In this document: piece by piece, positions 41,355 through 55,199 of the stretch
Layout of the letters: the number at the start of each line of letters is the position of its first letter
How positions within the stretch are numbered: the first letter of the stretch is position 1
Assembly (NCBI GenBank): GCA_951406725.2
Contig: OX597824.1
Location: 50,158,001 to 50,222,000, forward strand
Length of the DNA: 64,000 nucleotides
DNA from: Octopus vulgaris
Lineage: Eukaryota
Direction of reading: 5' to 3'
Position numbers and translations under genes: made by a program
The notes under the pieces: generated by a model
What the model saw: the letters and a program-made list of their open reading frames with translations, nothing else
Told to the model about the DNA's origin: nothing
The model's database searches: none

Positions 41355-42567
41355 CGAGGGACATTCAATAAGTCATGCCCCTGACCCACTTGCAGTTGTT
41401 TGATCTAGCTGAAATTTTGCAGGTGCAATTATTTATAATCTCTATAGATTAAGTGGAACATTACAGCTCTGAACTAATTGTGGTTTCTGATTTACAGGTG
41501 TTTGAACTGAGTCAAGTGTAAAATGGAGCCTGTTGAGTGTCGAGCAGTGATCCGGTTTTTGTATTTGAAAGGACGTTCACCACGGGAGACTTTTGATGAA
41601 ATGAAAGTAACTTATGACCTTGTAAAACGCTGGCATCGTGAATTCAAACATGGCCGGAACTCTGTGGAAACAGCTCCCAGATCTAGTCGCCCCCCTTCTG
41701 CCATTGATGAGGCATCTGTCCGTCAAGTTGAGGCTGCCATTTTGGAAGATCAACGCATAACTATTCGCCAAATAGCCCATGAGGTCAAGATTAGTACCGG
41801 GTCTGTGGAAACTATCATTCATGACCATTTGCATATGCAAAAGGTGTCTGCCAGATGGATTCCCAGGTTGCTCACACCTTTTCAGAAGCAAGAACGCGTC
41901 GTGTGCTCGAGGATGAATTTGGAGATGTGCCAAGAAGATGAGTCAAAATTTTTCAAAAGACTGACTACACAGGATGAATCCTGGTTCCATCACTATGATC
42001 CAGAGACCAAAGCCCAGTCAATGCAGTGGAAGCACCGTGACTCACCTCCTCCAAAGAAGGCAAGGGTGCAGCCCTCCGTGGCAAGGTCATGCTCACAGTC
42101 TTCTGGGACCAGGACGGAGTAGTGATGATAGATTTCCTGGCAAAGGGTACCACAATTACAGGAGCCTATTATGCTTCACTTTTGAAGAAATTAAGAGAAG
42201 CTACCAAAATCAAGAGGCGGGGCAAGATCAGCAAAGGCGTGTGGCTATGAACTCCTCCCCCATCCTGACCTTGCACCCTCTCCTGACCTTGCACCCTCTG
42301 ATTTTCACCTCTTCCTAGCCATGAAGTTGTTTTTGAAAGGAAAGCATTTCCCAAATGATGCAGCCTTGATTTCTGAAGTAACGTCGTGGTTGGAGGACCA
42401 AGCTGGGGTCTTCTACAAAAACGGTCTCCAGAACTGCATCAAACGATGGGAGAAATGCGTAACTCTGAGTGGTTCCTATGTAGAAAAAGACTAATAACTG
42501 TGCCAAATTTCGTTGCTCTACTGCTATGGGAAGTGGGTCAGGGGCATTACTTATTGAACGCCCCTCG
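41355..42567 (+). mobile_element. Mariner DNA transposon (irritans-like), both ends present, defective
   Basis: TA-CGAGGGACATTCAATAAGTCATGCCCCTGACCCACTT...AAGTGGGTCAGGGGCATTACTTATTGAACGCCCCTCG-TA. Confidence 0.93.
41523..42494 (+). pseudogene. Mariner DD34D-type transposase pseudogene
   Basis: WIPRLL (WVPHEL motif), TQDESW and PDLAPSDF; frameshift near 42078, second-D segment deleted, 18-bp tandem duplication CCTGACCTTGCACCCTCT. Confidence 0.9.
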
Positions 42568-42790
42568 TACATGTTTATTATAGTTTTCCGGTAATGAATG
42601 CGTAACGATACACTGGTTCTGGCAGGGGTGAAGTGTTCATGACTGGACTTCAGGTTATGCGCATACACAAACAAAAGTAACTTGTCATTTGAATTACTAC
42701 TTGACAGGCACCACATGTTCGAATATCCCAACGATTTCTATTAAAGTTTTCGTTTCATTGTCTTTTTCAATTAATATTCTTCGTTTGTTC

Positions 42791-42966
42791 AAGGCGGCGA
42801 GCTGGCAGAAACGTTAGCCCACTGGGCCAATTGTGTAGCGGTATTTCGTCTGTCTTTGCGTTCTGAGTTCAAATTCCGCCGAAGTCGATTTGCCTTTCAG
42901 AGTCGATAAATTAAGTACCTGTTGCGTTTTGGGACAGATCTAATCGACTGTTCCCCACCTCCAAAA
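42791..42966 (+). mobile_element. SINE family B copy
   Basis: AAGGCGGCGAGCTGGCAGAAACGTTAG..GAGTTCAAATTCCGCCG..GTCGATAAATTAAGTACC. Confidence 0.85.
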
Positions 42967-43571
42967 TCCGATTATATCGGAATTTGTTGAGAAAACAATT
43001 TTTCTGTGGGTGGAGAGAGAAGTTTTGGAAAATTCATGTCAGTCAGCTTTGTTTCCGCATAACTTTCAGAAAATTAGATATTTTTTATTGAAATTTTCTA
43101 CAAATATCTGTTATACTCGAATTAAATATGAAAAGATAAAAATTAGTGGGCTCGTCCACATCCGTACTGACACACATCAGATATATCAACAAGATGAAAC
43201 TTGAAATTTCAAAAAGAGAAAAAATGTAATGTGGTTCACTATGTAAGTTTGCAGGCTCACCACTTTTCTTTTCATTTATTTAGTCTGACCAGCCTTTGCT
43301 TAGGCTGTTGGGAAAACAGTATAGACGACACTCATTATCACATAATTTTTATACAGTATGTATGTATGATAAGTCCTTATTGTAACATAGCCTGGTGATT
43401 AAATTCTAATTTAACAAAAAATGACGACAATGATATTATATAAAGGAAGAATGAACTTGCGATTCATTATAATTCGATAATGCTTATGATGGATTGGCAT
43501 GCTTGCACCCCATGAAAGTGTCTCAAAGTGATGCTATCTATTCCCTGTAAGTTTGGAGTTATACTCCCTAA

Positions 43572-43620
<49 letters not shown>

Positions 43621-43624
43621 TATT

Positions 43625-43725
<101 letters not shown>

Positions 43726-43726
43726 G

Positions 43727-43775
<49 letters not shown>

Positions 43776-43850
43776 ATAATAAAAAGAATGGTTTACACCT
43801 GGTAGCTTACTGTTAAAGTACAGTCACTTTCAGAGTGATCGTTAGGTATA

Positions 43851-44356
43851 TCTATATATATAAAACTCTAGTTGTGTGAGTGTCTGTCCCCTTCGATTTA
43901 GATTCCTAACTCCTCCCACATTTTGCGGTGCAGTTTAACCAAATTCGGGTATCTTATAGTCGTGATTCATATCGAGCCCGTCTGACTATTAGCGCGCGTC
44001 AACGATGAGTCTACGATTTTAAAAATAATTTAACATCATTTTTTATTCCATTTTAATGCATAAAATGCATCGTGTGTCGATGGCGGCGGAGTTGGCGTCC
44101 ACGCTCACAGCTGCACCTGTTTGCTTCTCCCCCTTCCCTCCCTCGTGAAGCTGTGGGGAAGGGAGTGTAAAGAAATCAACGTCGTAATGCGTTGTGAAGG
44201 AGACCAGCGTTCTTTTAGAACAACGACTTCATGGCTTGAAGACACCAAAACAAAAATGGCTAAGAAAGCCCGAATTTATAAGGGAAGTAACTCTCTAAAA
44301 ATGCTTATATAGTTATTTCCCTTACAAACCCGAGCAACGCCGGGCGATACTGCTAG
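43851..44356 (+). mobile_element. Non-autonomous Helitron
   Basis: A|TC 5' end, subterminal hairpin CCCGAGCAACGCCGGG, CTAG|T 3' end; homologous to 61230-61625. Confidence 0.88.
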
Positions 44357-44762
44357 TAGCAAATAAAAGACGGAAGATAGAATATACGAGAATTTATCGT
44401 TAATCACGATAATTACTTCGACACATCTACATCGATTCCTCTTAGGTGGGACACTCAACAACTGGTTCAGGAGCATCCGGTGGCGCAAATGTATCTCGTC
44501 GGGTGATAAATAAATACAACTCGTTAAAATGGCTGTTCCGCAATGTAACATACCGTTTTGTAGTGAGAAAAGCAGCCAGACGGAGGAAATGTCTTCATTT
44601 ATATAGAAGATCAAAAATAAAATCGTTTCTCTTTTTGCCATCTGAGATTTTATTTTTCATCTTCTATATAAATGAAGATGTATATACATTTATTCTCCAA
44701 TTACATATTCACAATTGCATTGGATATAATAAGAAATCCAAAGATTACAGATACATGCGCGC

Positions 44763-44825
<63 letters not shown>

Positions 44826-45777
44826 CCACACATACACACACGCACACACGCATATATATATGTGTGTATATATATGTATATATACACATATATATATGTA
44901 TATATATGTATACACACACACACACACACACATATATATACGTGTGTGCGTGTGTGTATGTGTGCGTTTGTGTATGTGTGTGTATGCGCGTGTGTGTGTG
45001 TATATATACATACACGTACATCAAAAAGTGGTCCAATGTATGCTCAGTTTTTGCCATTTCCTTTCTCCCTTCGTCTCTCTCTCTTTTTCTTTCTTTCTTT
45101 CTTTCTTTCTCTCTCTCTCTCTCTCTCACTTTTCTCTGCCTTTCACACTTCCTAGTTCTCATTCTTTTGTCTTCCGTGTCCGTCAGTCAGTTAATCAGTC
45201 AGTCAGTCTCCTCTCCCGACCGTAAAATCTCTCTCTCATCCTCTCTCACTCTCTCTCACTCTCTCTCTCTCTCTCTTCATATATCTATCTCTCTCTTCTG
45301 ACAAATCACTAAACATCCTGAACTCAGATATACGACACAACATCAATAATCTCGCAATGAGTGGTTTGATGTGGACGTATAATTTGTTACAGTCATTTGG
45401 TTGCATTAATCGCGCATTTTCTACCCTTCTACAACACTCTCAAAACAATCTATTCTTTTATAAACAGGCAGTAAACAATAAAAGTGACTTAGTCACCAGG
45501 AAGTATTGAACATTTAAACAACTTTTTTCCGATATATACACAAATATATTCGTTATTGTTTCTTTCTATCCGATTAAGTTTTCAGTTTCTTTTCTGATAA
45601 TCATTTTCTACTTCAAATGCGGCTGATTCACACAAATATACCTACATATGCTCATAGACATACATACACTAACACCCAAAGAACTCCGCATTTTTACCAC
45701 TCATACTTACACACAAACGCATTTACATTAGCACACGCATACCCGAGTAAGACTGTGTATTGTGTTTGCATGCACGG

Positions 45778-45836
<59 letters not shown>

Positions 45837-45902
45837 TATATATATACATATTTATATGCGCGCGCACATGTGTATATGCGTGTGTGTGTAAATGTATGTA
45901 TG

Positions 45903-45954
<52 letters not shown>

Positions 45955-46002
45955 CGTGTGTGTGTGTGTAAATATGTGGAGGCGCATATATATATATATA
46001 TG

Positions 46003-46354
46003 GAGGCGACTCGCCGTCGTAGGATCGCGGTTTCAATTCCCCGATCGGGCGTTGTGAGTGTTTATTGAGCAAAAACACCTAATGCGTCACGAGGCTCCTG
46101 CAGGGGGTGGTGGTGAACCCTGCTGTATTCTTTCACCACAACTTTCTCTCATACTTTCTTCCTGTTTCTGTTGTTCCTGTATTTCAAAGGGTCCAGCCTT
46201 GTCACAAACTGTGTCACGCTGAATCTCCCGGAGAACTACGTTAAGGGTACACGTGTCTGTGGAGTGTTTAGCCACTTGTACGTTAATTTCACGAGCAGGG
46301 TGTTCTGTTGATCGGCTCAACTGGAACCCTCGTCGTCGTAACCGACAGAGTGCC
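46003..46354 (+). mobile_element. SINE family C copy (alternative 3' module)
   Basis: GACTCGCCGTCGTAGGATCGCGGTTTCAATTCCC head and body like 27240-27400, with a different tail ending ACCGACAGAGTGCCA. Confidence 0.85.
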
Positions 46355-46365
46355 ATATATATATA

Positions 46366-46712
46366 GGTGCAGGCGTGGGTATGTGGTGAGTAGCGTGATT
46401 TCCAACCACATGGTTCCGGTGGGTTCAGTTCCATTGCATGGTACCTTCGGCAAGTGCCTTCTAATATTGCCTCGAACTTATCAAAGCCTTGTGAGTGTAT
46501 TTGGTAGACGGAAACTGAAAGAAGCACGTCGTGTGTCTTTATACCTGCTTGTTGGTGTGTTTACGTACCCGTAAGTTAGCGCTTCGGCAAAAGATAGAAT
46601 AGGTACTAGATTTAAAAAAAAATAAGTCGATCTGTTTGATTAAACCCCTGCTAGGCGGTGCTCCTTCACGACCGCAGTCAAATGACTGAAACAAGCAAAA
46701 GAATAAAAGAAT
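46366..46712 (+). mobile_element. SINE family A copy directly behind the family C copy
   Basis: GGTGCAGGCGTGG-TATGTGGTGAG..AACCACATGGTTCC..GGTAGACGGAAACTGAAAGAAG..GCAGTCAAATGACTGAAACAAG. Confidence 0.85.
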
Positions 46713-46951
46713 ACGTAAGTAGGTAGATATATATACAAACACATACACAAATATACTTCAGCCATTGTCAACCCTTTCCTTGTAATACTAAATAAATATC
46801 ATAGTCTGCTAAAAAAATGTGTTAATTGATCCTTCGCTTCGCAATTTGACAGTTTTTATAAATAATTTCACATTATATATACATATATATGTGTATATAT
46901 GTATATATGAACATGTGTGTGCGTGTATATATATGTGTGCATATATTTGTA

Positions 46952-46992
<41 letters not shown>

Positions 46993-47043
46993 TGTTATAT
47001 TATATCATATATTTATATGTATCCCATGTTATTATATTGCACC

Positions 47044-47101
<58 letters not shown>

Positions 47102-47127
47102 CATACACACACACATACATATACATA

Positions 47128-47497
47128 TATTATATAAAAGTAAATGTATGTGGGTTCGTGTGTTACTTATAGACTCGAAAACTACTGGACCGATTTAGAA
47201 CACAAAATCCAAGCCTAGGGAGAAGGATAATGCCATGTTTCATACAATTTTGACAGGGCATAAAGCGGGGCAGAAACCCCTGTGAAAATTCATATGCTTC
47301 GGATTTTGATGAAATTTGAACCATTGGTATTAGAAATAAATTTAAAAATATACCCAAAATTTCCATTTCTTTGGATGATTCTAACACCCCTTAATGGGGC
47401 GGGCCTTAACCACCAAATTTTAGTCATTTTTCATGGACCAAAATTACTGAAAGGATCCTTATGATATTTGGAACTTAGAGTCAATGAACTTAGATTC
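47128..47497 (+). mobile_element. Possible Helitron/Helentron-like 5' fragment
   Basis: TATATAAAAGTAAATGTATGT..AACTACTGGACCGATTT and GATTTTGATGAAATTTG motifs resemble non-autonomous rolling-circle elements; no CTAG end found. Confidence 0.4.
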
Positions 47498-47785
47498 AAT
47501 GTGTGTGTGTGTGTGTGTGTATGTGCGCACGCACACTTACAAACACACACACATTCTCCCACAAGACAATGATAAAAAGAAATCCAGACAGTTTTTTGAA
47601 AAATAACATTTTACCCCCATTGAAGTGACCAGATGGGTTTGCCATTTCTAAAACCCAAGAATCATTTACTAATGAAAGAACTGATGTCAACACATTTTTT
47701 CTTCTTTCTCTCTTCCTTCTTCCTTTCCTTCTCTTTTCCATTAACACCTCTTTCAGATACAAAAGCATACACACACAAGCGCGCT

Positions 47786-47827
<42 letters not shown>

Positions 47828-48081
47828 CGCACACATGCGCACTCTCTCTCTCACTTTCTCCCCATTCCTCACCCCCTTGTACTGTCTTATATCTCTCTCC
47901 ACCCCTACACACTCAATAATACTATGAAAAGAGACAAAATTCCTGAAAATATTCAATCTGACGATTCCACTAGAGTGAACGCAAGCGCTATTTTATGATA
48001 TATATGACTTATAAAAACATGTGACATATTAATAAATATCTGTAAATATAAAACCATCCAGATTTCTGAGTACCTTATTTC

Positions 48082-48152
<71 letters not shown>

Positions 48153-49048
48153 GTATGTATATATAAATGTATGTATATATATAATATGTATATAGTCTGT
48201 TTTATAAATAAGGTTGCACACCAGTTCCTAGTATATAAATTAATGCATTAATGCCTTAATCCTTCAATTTTTTTAAAAGACAAAATTAATAACTCTCTTA
48301 GAAATTCAGAATTTGCCTTTTCCCCTATAGTCAGTTGCAAATGCATATGATTATCGTGTATTTTGAGATATGTCAGCATACATTTATGCATATGGGGGCC
48401 TATTTGGACTGACACTACCTTTCGTTATTGCGTAGAATGTATGCTCAGACGTACGGTTATATACATATGTGCGTAGGTGTAAGTAGATATAAAGTTTTAT
48501 ATACGCATACGTTTATGTGTGTGAGCGTGCGTGTGCGTCTACGATTGCGTAGGTTCATACGGATATTTCTCGCGAACCAAATTCCAATCTACTGTCACCA
48601 CTACGCTCCTCTAAGCCATTTAGAATTGTTAATTTGTTATTTTCTTTGATTTGCAACAGTTTAGGTAATTGACCTTACTTTTTCCTTAGACATCCTGACT
48701 AGTTACTTCACCTCCTTCTGTCGTTCTATTTCTATTTCCCTGATAAAATAAAAATGTAGTCTGCCTTTTCTTTTTATTGCAATGTAAAATATGCTCCCTG
48801 ACATTTATGCTCACTTTTAACTTAGTACTGTCAACTAGCTGGTGTTAGTAACTAATAATGGATGACATTTCTATTTTCTCTTAAAAATTTGGCGAGTCAT
48901 TATGATTATGTGATCCTATACGTAACGTTTAGTGCACAACGTACGTGTATTGTATTCGCTAGTGAAACACGTGGATAGATTATGTAATTAAAAAAAAACA
49001 TAACTAATTCTCCAGCTTCACTGTGGTCTCGGATATATGTATATCATA

Positions 49049-49102
<54 letters not shown>

Positions 49103-49218
49103 CATATATATACATAAAAATACACACACACATACACACATAATATGGATAGATACATGTATACTTATATATATATATATATATATATCTACGAATCGTG
49201 TTTATATACATATATGTG

Positions 49219-49262
<44 letters not shown>

Positions 49263-49644
49263 TCACATACGTACAAATACAGACTCACACACACACACAC
49301 ATACACACATAATTCATATATATTTGTGTATACAAATACAAACACACACGTAAAAATACTTTACATAAGCTTGTAATTAGTTTTTTTTGTGTTTTATATA
49401 TAAACTTTTAGTCTTGCTATTTCAGTTGCTATATTTGCTTGATGTGGTTTTTCTTTTTTTCTTTTTTGTTTTCTTTTTTTATTTTTTGATAGAATTTTTG
49501 TTCACGTTGTTGTGAAAATCATTATTTGCAAATTGGAATGAAATCTTTCGGATAATATTAAAGTATAACTTAAGAAATTATAAACAAAAAGAGAGAAAGC
49601 AAAGAATGTAAATGCATTATATTGATGCGGTTTTTTGAAAGACA

Positions 49645-49703
<59 letters not shown>

Positions 49704-50138
49704 GGATAAAAGAAATAGAAAAAAAAATCATATACTTCCGAACCGGATAATGTACAATAGCTAACACACAACTTGAAGTATAACAATTGTCTAATTGACA
49801 TGAAAATAGAACATGAAGACAGACTGACGGAAAGGAAGTAAGAAAGAAAAGAAGAAAGAATGGGAGGAGGACAGAGAAAAAAGAAGTAAAGGAGAAAGCT
49901 GGCTAAAGAAAAAGTATAAATGAAAGAGGGGAATCGATGAAAATTATTAACAGCCTAAGTGCGTGTGTGCGCGCGTGTGTGTAGGTGTGTGTGGATACAT
50001 ATATATATATATACACATGCGTGTTTGTGCTATTATATAGTAACATGTATCATGCGTGTGCATTCATGTATATATTTATACATATATACACACATGTGCC
50101 TTTATGCCCTTATGTATATATGTATGTATGTATGTATG

Positions 50139-50169
<31 letters not shown>

Positions 50170-51560
50170 ATATATATATATATATATTGTATATTATATA
50201 TATATATACACACGCATACATATATAAACATGCATAAAAAAGATATGTGTTTATATATGTGTGTATATATATATACATATACATATACGTATGCATACAT
50301 ACATATGAATGTGTTTACAAGCATGTACATGCATACATATGTCTGTGTACGTGTGTGTCTGTGTGTATGTATGTGTGTTTGTTTGTTTGTGTGTGTGTGT
50401 GGTGTGTGTGTGTGTGTGTGCGTGTGTGTATGCGTGTGTGAATTTATGGATTGATTTCGTCGTTTTCTGTGGCAAGTACCGACCGCAGCCGGTACTTGTC
50501 AACGCCGTCAAGTACAATACAGTAGATCATTTTCTAGTTATTCTTCTATTTAGTTGAATCAATAAATTGTATTTCGGGTGTGCGGCAAGGTGTAAACGAA
50601 GGTTTTTCTGTGACTATTATTATTATTGTTATTTTTACGTGCTGCGGATATTGCTACTCGTCATATAAGTACTGTCTTTGTATTTATGGCTATGATTGTT
50701 CGATTTTGTTATTGCTTGTGGTATTGAAGGTGGCGGTGGGGTACTATCATTGTTTTGCTTATCTTTATAATGTACTGGACTCAATTATGTGTTGTTGTTG
50801 ATGTTGCTGCTTTCGTTATTACTGCTGGTGGTGGTGATGATGCTAACGATGGTTAAAATTGCATGTTGTATTTGCAAATAGGCTTTTTTCGCCTGCATTC
50901 TCATTTTTCATTGTTGCCGTTATTAATGCTCTAATAATTTCTTTCCTTGGATGTGTGGCTTTTTACATTCTCAGTTTAATATTACCATTATTGTTATTCT
51001 CGTTAATTCTAAGGTTTTATTGTAGCTGGTTTTATTGTTTTTGTTGATGTTGTTGCTTCTCTGCCTCCTTTTGTTGCTGTTGCTGTTGTTTTCTTCCTTT
51101 TTTGTGTTAGTATTTGTCATTTTAGGGTAGTTTAGCCCTAAGTCACATCTCATTAAGCAAATGCCGTATGATCAAGGACGTCCCGACTAAAACAATCTTG
51201 TTCATTTTTCTAACCGTATCGTACCCTCTTCTAATATGTATTTTACTATATTTTACAATATTATGCACATTACTAATGTATATGTTATGCATATTACCAA
51301 GTTATGTAAAATATATTATTATTATTATATTATGCAACACGATACATGCTACAGTATTATCTATTATTGTGTAATACTATGTACGAGGGGTGCTGAAAAG
51401 TTCTTGGCTTTACGGGTGTCACGAAAGGTGGAGTTGGATTCTGCCAGCTCGCCACCCTGTGTAATGCTATGTGAATTATAATGCTGTATTATGTATTTTG
51501 CAGAAGATCATTATTTGACGCCTAGGAACTGTGTTAGAAATCAGTATTAAATGAGTGATA

Positions 51561-51771
51561 AAGGCGGCGAGCCGGCAGAATCGTTAGCACGCTGGTCGAA
51601 GTGCTTAGCGGTAGGTATTTCACCCGTCGCTACGTTCCGAGTTCAAATCCGTCGAGGTCGACTTTGCATTTCATCCTTTCGGGGTCGATACATTAAGTAC
51701 CAGTGAAGAATTGGGGTCATTGAAATCGACCATTCCTTCCCTCTAAATTTCAGGCCTATAGTAGAAAGGAT
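51561..51771 (+). mobile_element. Full-length SINE family B with 16-bp TSD
   Basis: TATTAAATGAGTGATA at 51545-51560 and 51772-51787; A-box-like GGCAGAATCGTTAG and B-box GAGTTCAAATCC. Confidence 0.9.
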
Positions 51772-53132
51772 TATTAAATGAGTGATATATCTGATTTTGC
51801 ATTGTTAATTCGTTCAATTTTTCTACATCAGCACTCTGCTCTAAATAAATTGTTGTATCTCCACCCCTCAAAAGTTGTCGACTACAGGCAATATTTTCAC
51901 AAGGACCTGTTACGTGGTGGTTTTCGAGTTAAACCTTAGCTATAGGTTTGTTATTGCACTGAGGCTGTTCACTTTATTTGTGCTTCAAGTTACTTGACCA
52001 GAGGAAACCTCCATTTGACAAATTGGATTTCAGGATACTACATGCAAACGAATGGCTCATTAAAATGTTACCCAACGTTTTCCTTTATAACTTTATCTCA
52101 CTAATGAATTAATCTCTGAAGCCGCTTTCAATGTAGATCTCGAGGTAAGGGAGAGAAAGACATCGTGACCTACGTATCAGTAGTGACACTTCAATCTGTT
52201 TTGTATAGTCCTCGTTTAACAATGTTGCAGCATGGCTTTGGCTATGATAACTGAAACCTCAAACATTATATAGAACATAAAGGTATATTTTTGAAGTTAT
52301 TTTCTTGTTGCAGACTCAAACGCCTTTCGGGCAAAATCAGTTTTTTTTTTTATATCGGAAAGATGAAAATAGATAGCTAAACGTCACTATAATAAGCAAA
52401 AAGGCTTTCTTTACCTTCTACGGTGATGTTAGCAATTATATCTATGATAAAGGATTACAAGCAAATGATATATGTAAAATATATTGATACATGCCAAAAT
52501 AGCATATTACATTTTAATCTACAGGCAAATAAAAAATGCCATGATGATGCTTATTTCAGTTTAATTTTTATAATTACTTTCAATATGGCGACAATCTGTT
52601 ATTCAGCTGATTTTCGTAAAGCGCAGTGCAAGAGCCAGACATGTTCTATCTATATTTGTGATTGCTGTTGACATTATGTCATTTATGTTTATACACGTTT
52701 TTTCTTTGATCTGGTTGCAATATTTCTATTTTGGAATCTGATTTATATATAAATGTCAATGGCAAGCACCATAGAAGATATATCAAGTTCTCGTCGATGT
52801 GAGCATTCAAAATGGTTTCAATTCTTGGTTAACACCCCTTCACTTAAGTTCATGTCCTTGGAGAACACGCGAGAACATCGCGAGCAATCGTTTTCTCAAC
52901 TTGTAGAACCATTTCTTATGTTGAGACATGTGTAAACATGCTATATAACAACGATTCTTATATATGCACCCGCCCACACACGCAAACACACATATATGTA
53001 TACATACAGTATATATATATTATATATATACATACATACACACATATATTATGAATATATACTACACACATATATACATATATACATATGAATACATATG
53101 TACACATACAGACATATATTTTCGTGTGTATA

Positions 53133-53169
<37 letters not shown>

Positions 53170-54099
53170 TCATGCATATATGTACGTATGTATGTGTGTG
53201 TTGTACGAACAATATTGATTTACAACACCAAGTGGTCAATTATTGAATATAGGGATTAATATCAATAGATGTAAGTATCAATATCGGAATATGTGTGTCT
53301 GTCGGTATGTTTGCATGTATTTATGTATTTACGTGTGTGTCCGTGTGTGTCCGTATGTTTTTTGTTTGTTTGTTTCTGTGCGTGTGTGTGTGTGTGTATG
53401 TTTACAAGTATGTATGTTTATATGTATGTATATATGTCGAGTATGTACATTTATTTCAGGCTTCATCATGCCTATGAAATGAACATGCTATGCCATGTTC
53501 CCTTCACGTATAATCGAGCAGTTGAAATATCTATTAAGTTCAAACGGTAATCAGTCTACTGTCAGGCGATTTCTGGCCTGTTCTTGCTTGTTTACTTCTT
53601 TACGCGTAAATAGTGATCGTCACTTTATTGTATTTCATGTCTTGTAGTTTTCCAGTTGATCAACATCAATGTTTTATATCATCAAAAACTGATTAAATGA
53701 AACATGATTATGATAATACTGACATTTATATTATAAGCCTAGTTTTGTGAGTAATCCTACCGTTGGGCTCATTTGTCCATCTAACTCGGAAACAGGAAAA
53801 AGAAAAAATAAAGTAAAAAATAACCGACTGTATTATCCCTGTGCTTATAAAGAAAATTGAGCTTAACTTGTAGTGGAACTCTTTCGAAGTAATCAACTGA
53901 TTCAAGGGCATAGAAAATAAAATGTTTACAAAATTTATTCAAATAGATATCTCTATTACTTTTCCATTACACCAATTCTCAACATTGCTCTTGTTTTCGC
54001 TATGAAACATTCACAACTATCTAGGCAACGTATGGATACAATATTGGTAGGTATGAAAAGGATTACTGAATTCGTCGTTAAATACTGGATGAATAAATA

Positions 54100-54900
54100 T
54101 AAGCTTAAGAAATAAAAGATAAGCATGGGAGCAGGTGATTCAGATTTCGCATGGCATCAAAAAGAAATTTTTGAAAATGGAGGCGGTAGCTTTTATAGAG
54201 ACGACATTCTGTTTAAATTCTGTAAATGAAATAATAGATCAAAATAGGGAAAAGCTTTAAAAACTTTTTTTAAATCTTAGGACTTTAGTTTTTTAGAGCA
54301 GACTGAATAGTGAACTTTCGAGGCGTAACATTAGACCTTTGTACTGAATTTTATCATGCGTGCCACAAACACACTTAAGACCTACAATGCATCAGTAAAA
54401 ACAACCTTCCTAGAGTTACGTTTCATTGAGAATAATTAATCTATGAGCTAATGGAGAGATTTTTGTACAGAATACTATAATAAAGCTACGGCAGGATGTA
54501 TCAAGAAGGTATTTTATATTCCTGAAGAAAATACACAATATATCTAAAGACAGTGGTCAACGCTAGCAAAAGCACAGATGTAATAAGCATCAAAAGAATA
54601 GGAATCATTATTGTGACACAAATAGGAATGGAATTGCTTTTAACATTGAGAGTGGTAGAAAAAAATGATAGATCTAGATTACTTAATAGAAATACCACAG
54701 TATAATGCACCATACGGAGTTCAGGTAGCCACAGATATTCGGGAAATATTCTTTAATGCATTAGGCAAATACACTCCCTCCTCTAGCATATATTGTTAGA
54801 AATTCAGTAGATATACTGTGGAGTTTGCACATTCCAGTACAACTAATTTAGCGGATATTCTAGCAATTATTAACAATAAGAATATAAACAGCATTAGAGA
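54100..54900 (+). pseudogene. Degraded PLE reverse transcriptase
   Basis: SMGAGDS, GSFYRDDIL, IVNFRGVTLDLCTEFYH and LNRNT occur in the expected order; many stops and frameshifts. Confidence 0.7.
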
Positions 54901-55035
54901 CAGTTAACGTAAGTTTATTAACCAGACAGTGTAGTCCTTTCTGGGCTTGTTGCAAATAGTGTCTTCTAGTGTAGCCTCAGGACGATCAAAGCCTTGTGAG
55001 TGGATTTGGTAGAAGGTAAGTGAAAGGATTCTCTC

Positions 55036-55094
<59 letters not shown>

Positions 55095-55120
55095 CATACA
55101 TACATACATGCATACATATA

Positions 55121-55195
<75 letters not shown>

Positions 55196-55199
<4 letters not shown>

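Noticed and set aside
44446-44510. Possible small coding exon after TTCCTCTTAG
   Set aside because: Weak donor and no recognisable peptide in any frame
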